Shown piece by piece: positions 61,554 through 64,000 of a DNA stretch of 64,000 nucleotides. Below the pieces are notes generated by a model that did no database searches, was not told the origin of the DNA, and worked only from the letters and a program-made list of their open reading frames with translations. Where the stretch lies: positions 18,789-82,788 of the forward strand of contig CAVZVH010000025.1 in NCBI GenBank assembly GCA_963778645.1, read 5' to 3'. Position 1 is the first letter of the stretch. The number at the start of each line of letters is the position of its first letter. Source of the DNA: an uncultured Chloroflexia bacterium (lineage in GTDB: Bacteria > Chloroflexota > Limnocylindria > Limnocylindrales > CSP1-4). The position numbers and the translations under genes were made by a program.

Positions 61554-62822
61554 ATGATTCGTCCGATGACCAGCGACGCGGATCGGCCGCCCCACGCGCC
61601 CGATCGACTCCCGGTGCAGGACCTCGCGTTCCTGCACGAGATCGCGAGCCTGGCGACCCAAGCGCGCGACTGGGACGAGCTCATGCGCTCGATCGTCGAC
61701 GGGACGACGGCGGCGATGCGGGTCGAAGTCTGCTCGTTCTACCTCGCCGATCACGAACGCGTGCGCCTGACACTGGCGGCGACCAACGGCCTCGACCGAT
61801 CCCAGGTCGGCAAGGTCAGCCTCGAGTGGGGCCAGGGCATCACGGGCCGGGTGGCGGCCACGCGTCAGCCGATCGCGGTGCCGGACGTGACGAGGGACCC
61901 CCGGTTCGCCTGGGTCCGTGGCTTCGACATCGAAGGACTGGCCGGGATGCTGTCCGTGCCGCTGGAGTGGCATGACCAGGTCGTCGGCGTGCTCAACGTC
62001 CAGACGCACGAGGTCCGCGACTTCGGTCCCGATGAGATCGAGTTCCTGCGCACGATCGCGGCCTTGCTCGCGGGCATCGTCGAGAAGGGCCGACTGACGG
62101 CCGAGGTCGAGGCGCGCCTCGCCCAGCTGACCGCCCTCGACGCGGCCAGGGCCGAGCTGCTCTCTGTGGTCACGCACGAGCTGCGGACACCGCTGTCGGT
62201 CGTCCGCGTCTACGTCGACCTGCTGGCCGACGCCGCGACCGGGGAGTCACCGCCGGCCGATCCGTCGGATCCGGGAGCATGGCGAACGGCCACCCTGGAC
62301 CAGGTCGCGCGGATGGACCGCCTCGTCGACTCCATCCTGGCGTCGGTCCGCGGGGAGGGACTGACGGGCCTCTCGCGGGCGCCGTTCGACGCGGTGGCGG
62401 CCGTCGACGAGACCGTCGAGACGCTGCGGCTCCTGCTGCGGCCGCATCCCATCCGCTGGCAGCGACCGGCGGGCTCGGTCATCGCGATCGGCGACGAGAC
62501 CCGGTTCCGCCAGGTGCTCGAGCAGATCCTCGAGAACGAGTCGAAGTACGCGCCGAGCGCCGACGGCGTCAGCATCGGGGTGTGGCGGCTCGGCCCCGAG
62601 ATCCAGGTCTACGTCACCGATGATGGGCCGGGCGTCCCGCGCGAGGACTGGGAGAGCGTCTTCGAACCCTTCGTGCGGATCGGCGGTGGGGGTCGCAGCC
62701 GCGGCTCCGGGATCGGGCTGTTCGCTGCGCGGCGGCTGATGACCGCGATGGGTGGCCGCATCTTCCTGGAGCCGAACGGCTACGCGAGCTCGCGTTTCGT
62801 GGTGGCGTTGCCGGCCGGCTAG
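61554..62822 (+). CDS. GAF-domain sensor histidine kinase (cytoplasmic)
   Basis: GAF segment CSFYLADHERVRLTLAATNGL...GITGRVAATRQPIAVPDV..DPRF. H-box LSVVTHELRTPLSVV, N-box LEQILENESKYA, G-boxes DDGPGV and GSGIGLF. Confidence 0.85.
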   Translation: MIRPMTSDADRPPHAPDRLPVQDLAFLHEIASLATQARDWDELMRSIVDGTTAAMRVEVCSFYLADHERVRLTLAATNGLDRSQVGKVSLEWGQGITGRVAATRQPIAVPDVTRDPRFAWVRGFDIEGLAGMLSVPLEWHDQVVGVLNVQTHEVRDFGPDEIEFLRTIAALLAGIVEKGRLTAEVEARLAQLTALDAARAELLSVVTHELRTPLSVVRVYVDLLADAATGESPPADPSDPGAWRTATLDQVARMDRLVDSILASVRGEGLTGLSRAPFDAVAAVDETVETLRLLLRPHPIRWQRPAGSVIAIGDETRFRQVLEQILENESKYAPSADGVSIGVWRLGPEIQVYVTDDGPGVPREDWESVFEPFVRIGGGGRSRGSGIGLFAARRLMTAMGGRIFLEPNGYASSRFVVALPAG

Positions 62823-63643
62823 GCGCCCGTTGTGGCGTCCCCGGGCCCGTCGAAGTCGAGGGCGTCGAGATCGCCGACGTTCAGGCGGGCCATCGTCCCA
62901 CCGTCGACCCACAGGACCGACCCGGTCACGAAGCTCGCCGCATCCGACGCCATGAAGACCGCGGCTTGGGCGACGTCCCCGGGCAGCCCGACCCGCCCGA
63001 GCGGGACCGCGCGAGCCCCACGGGCGGTGTCGTAGCGCGGATCCTCGAAGTAGCGCGGTACCTCGATGACCCCCGGCCCCAGCGCGTTGACCCTGATCCG
63101 TTGCGGGGCCAGCTCGACGGCCTGCGCGCGGGTCAGGGCGAGGATCGCGCCGCGAGTCGCGGCGTACAGCCCGTGGTGTGGGCTGCTCGCCTGCCCATGG
63201 ACCGAGGTCATGTTCACGACCGCGCCGCGGCCGCTGGCAGCGAGCGCCGGGATCGCAGCCGCGGTGCAGAAGTATGCCGCCCCGACGTTGAGCCGGAGCA
63301 TGGCATCGAAGTCGGCCGGGGTGATGGACGCCAGCGGTCCAGTCAGCGTCCGGCCCGCGCTGTTGACGAGGATATCGAGGCCGCCGAGCCGGTCGATCGC
63401 CCGCGCCACGAGGTCCGGGCCGGCCTCGAGCTCCGAGAGGTCCGCCTCGAGCGCGATGGCCGTACCGCCCGAGGCCGTGATCGCCTCGGCCTCGGCCCGG
63501 GCGCCATCACCGTGGCTGCGAAAGTGGAGGGCGACCGCGGCGCCGGCACCGGCCAGTCCGCGCGCGATCGCTTGACCGATGCCGACCCCGGCGCCCGTGA
63601 CCAGGGCACGCCGCCCGTCGAGACGGATCCCGGCGCCCGTCAT
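62819..63643 (-). CDS. Short-chain dehydrogenase/reductase (FabG-like)
   Basis: [21 protein letters not shown], and YAATRGAI, a Y-x3-R variant at the position of the usual SDR Y-x3-K catalytic motif. The stop overlaps the kinase stop by 4 nt (convergent). Confidence 0.85.
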   Translation of the reverse strand: MTGAGIRLDGRRALVTGAGVGIGQAIARGLAGAGAAVALHFRSHGDGARAEAEAITASGGTAIALEADLSELEAGPDLVARAIDRLGGLDILVNSAGRTLTGPLASITPADFDAMLRLNVGAAYFCTAAAIPALAASGRGAVVNMTSVHGQASSPHHGLYAATRGAILALTRAQAVELAPQRIRVNALGPGVIEVPRYFEDPRYDTARGARAVPLGRVGLPGDVAQAAVFMASDAASFVTGSVLWVDGGTMARLNVGDLDALDFDGPGDATTGA

Positions 63644-64000
63644 CCGCCGGCGACGACCCGGGTCTCACCCGCCCGCAGATGCGCGTAGCCCGGCTTGACG
63701 ACCTCGCTGATGATGCGCAGCCGCTCGTCGAATGGCGCGAACGCACTCTTCATCGCGTTGATCGTCAGCCATTCCATCTCGCCCAGGCCGATGCCGAACG
63801 CCTCGTCGAGCGCCGCGAACTCGCTCGACAAGGAGACACCACTCATCAGGCGGTTGTCGGTGTTGACCGTCACCCGGTAGCGGAGGCGACGTAACAGGTC
63901 GATCGGGTGCTCGGCGATCGAGGACGCCGCGCCCGTGTGGACATTCGAGGTCGGGCACATCTCGAGGGGCACGCGCCGATCGCGAACGAAGGCGGCCAGG
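63640..64000 (-). CDS. add: Adenosine deaminase, C-terminal part (gene continues beyond the window end)
   Basis: [44 protein letters not shown]. The frame is open to position 64000. Confidence 0.85.
   Translation of the reverse strand, partial: LAAFVRDRRVPLEMCPTSNVHTGAASSIAEHPIDLLRRLRYRVTVNTDNRLMSGVSLSSEFAALDEAFGIGLGEMEWLTINAMKSAFAPFDERLRIISEVVKPGYAHLRAGETRVVAGG

Overview
A 64 kb segment with roughly 70% GC, read from the ORF track and by eye. It looks like an ordinary chromosomal region of an actinobacterial-type (high-GC Terrabacteria) genome. I found no rRNA, tRNA, CRISPR array, integrase, transposase or obvious prophage.

Recognisable content:
- A frameshift-riddled block (1 to about 20.4 kb). 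It holds a RecB-type nuclease/helicase, an MFS transporter, a DDAH-like/M20 pair, two PQQ-type sugar dehydrogenase paralogs, MarR, DUF72, cupins, SIMPL, a PAS kinase and corA.
- A small stress-protein cluster (GlsB/YmgE-like, a membrane-anchored protein, an acidic CsbD-like protein) with strong hairpins.
- Sensor kinases, a type IB topoisomerase, a GT4 glycosyltransferase, aceE, and the single OmpR-type response regulator.
- pncA, a 5'-3' exonuclease and a secreted peptidase-like protein.
- A mtnP-LLM-membrane protein-IMPase operon.
- An F420 island (PPOX, LLM, cofD-cofC-cofE), flanked by an EAL protein upstream and a GGDEF-EAL protein downstream.
- trxB, a methyltransferase, an ABC exporter, OsmC and DUF4395.
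- An arginine cluster argC-argJ-argB-argR-argG, preceded by tandem ARG boxes that coincide with a TTGCAT-N18-TATAGT promoter.

Main observations:
- Reading-frame integrity changes abruptly near 20 kb, and a few intact genes sit inside the noisy block.
- An intact orphan HTH/Clp_N protein lies in that block.
- A roughly 520 nt non-coding stretch ends in a terminator-like hairpin just upstream of a stress gene.
- The ABC exporter has a roughly 70-residue insertion in its ATPase domain.
- CofE is stand-alone.

I did not find a clear-cut new multi-gene system. Function calls rest on motif recognition only; no database search was possible. Most very long ORFs in the track are stop-poor high-GC artefacts.
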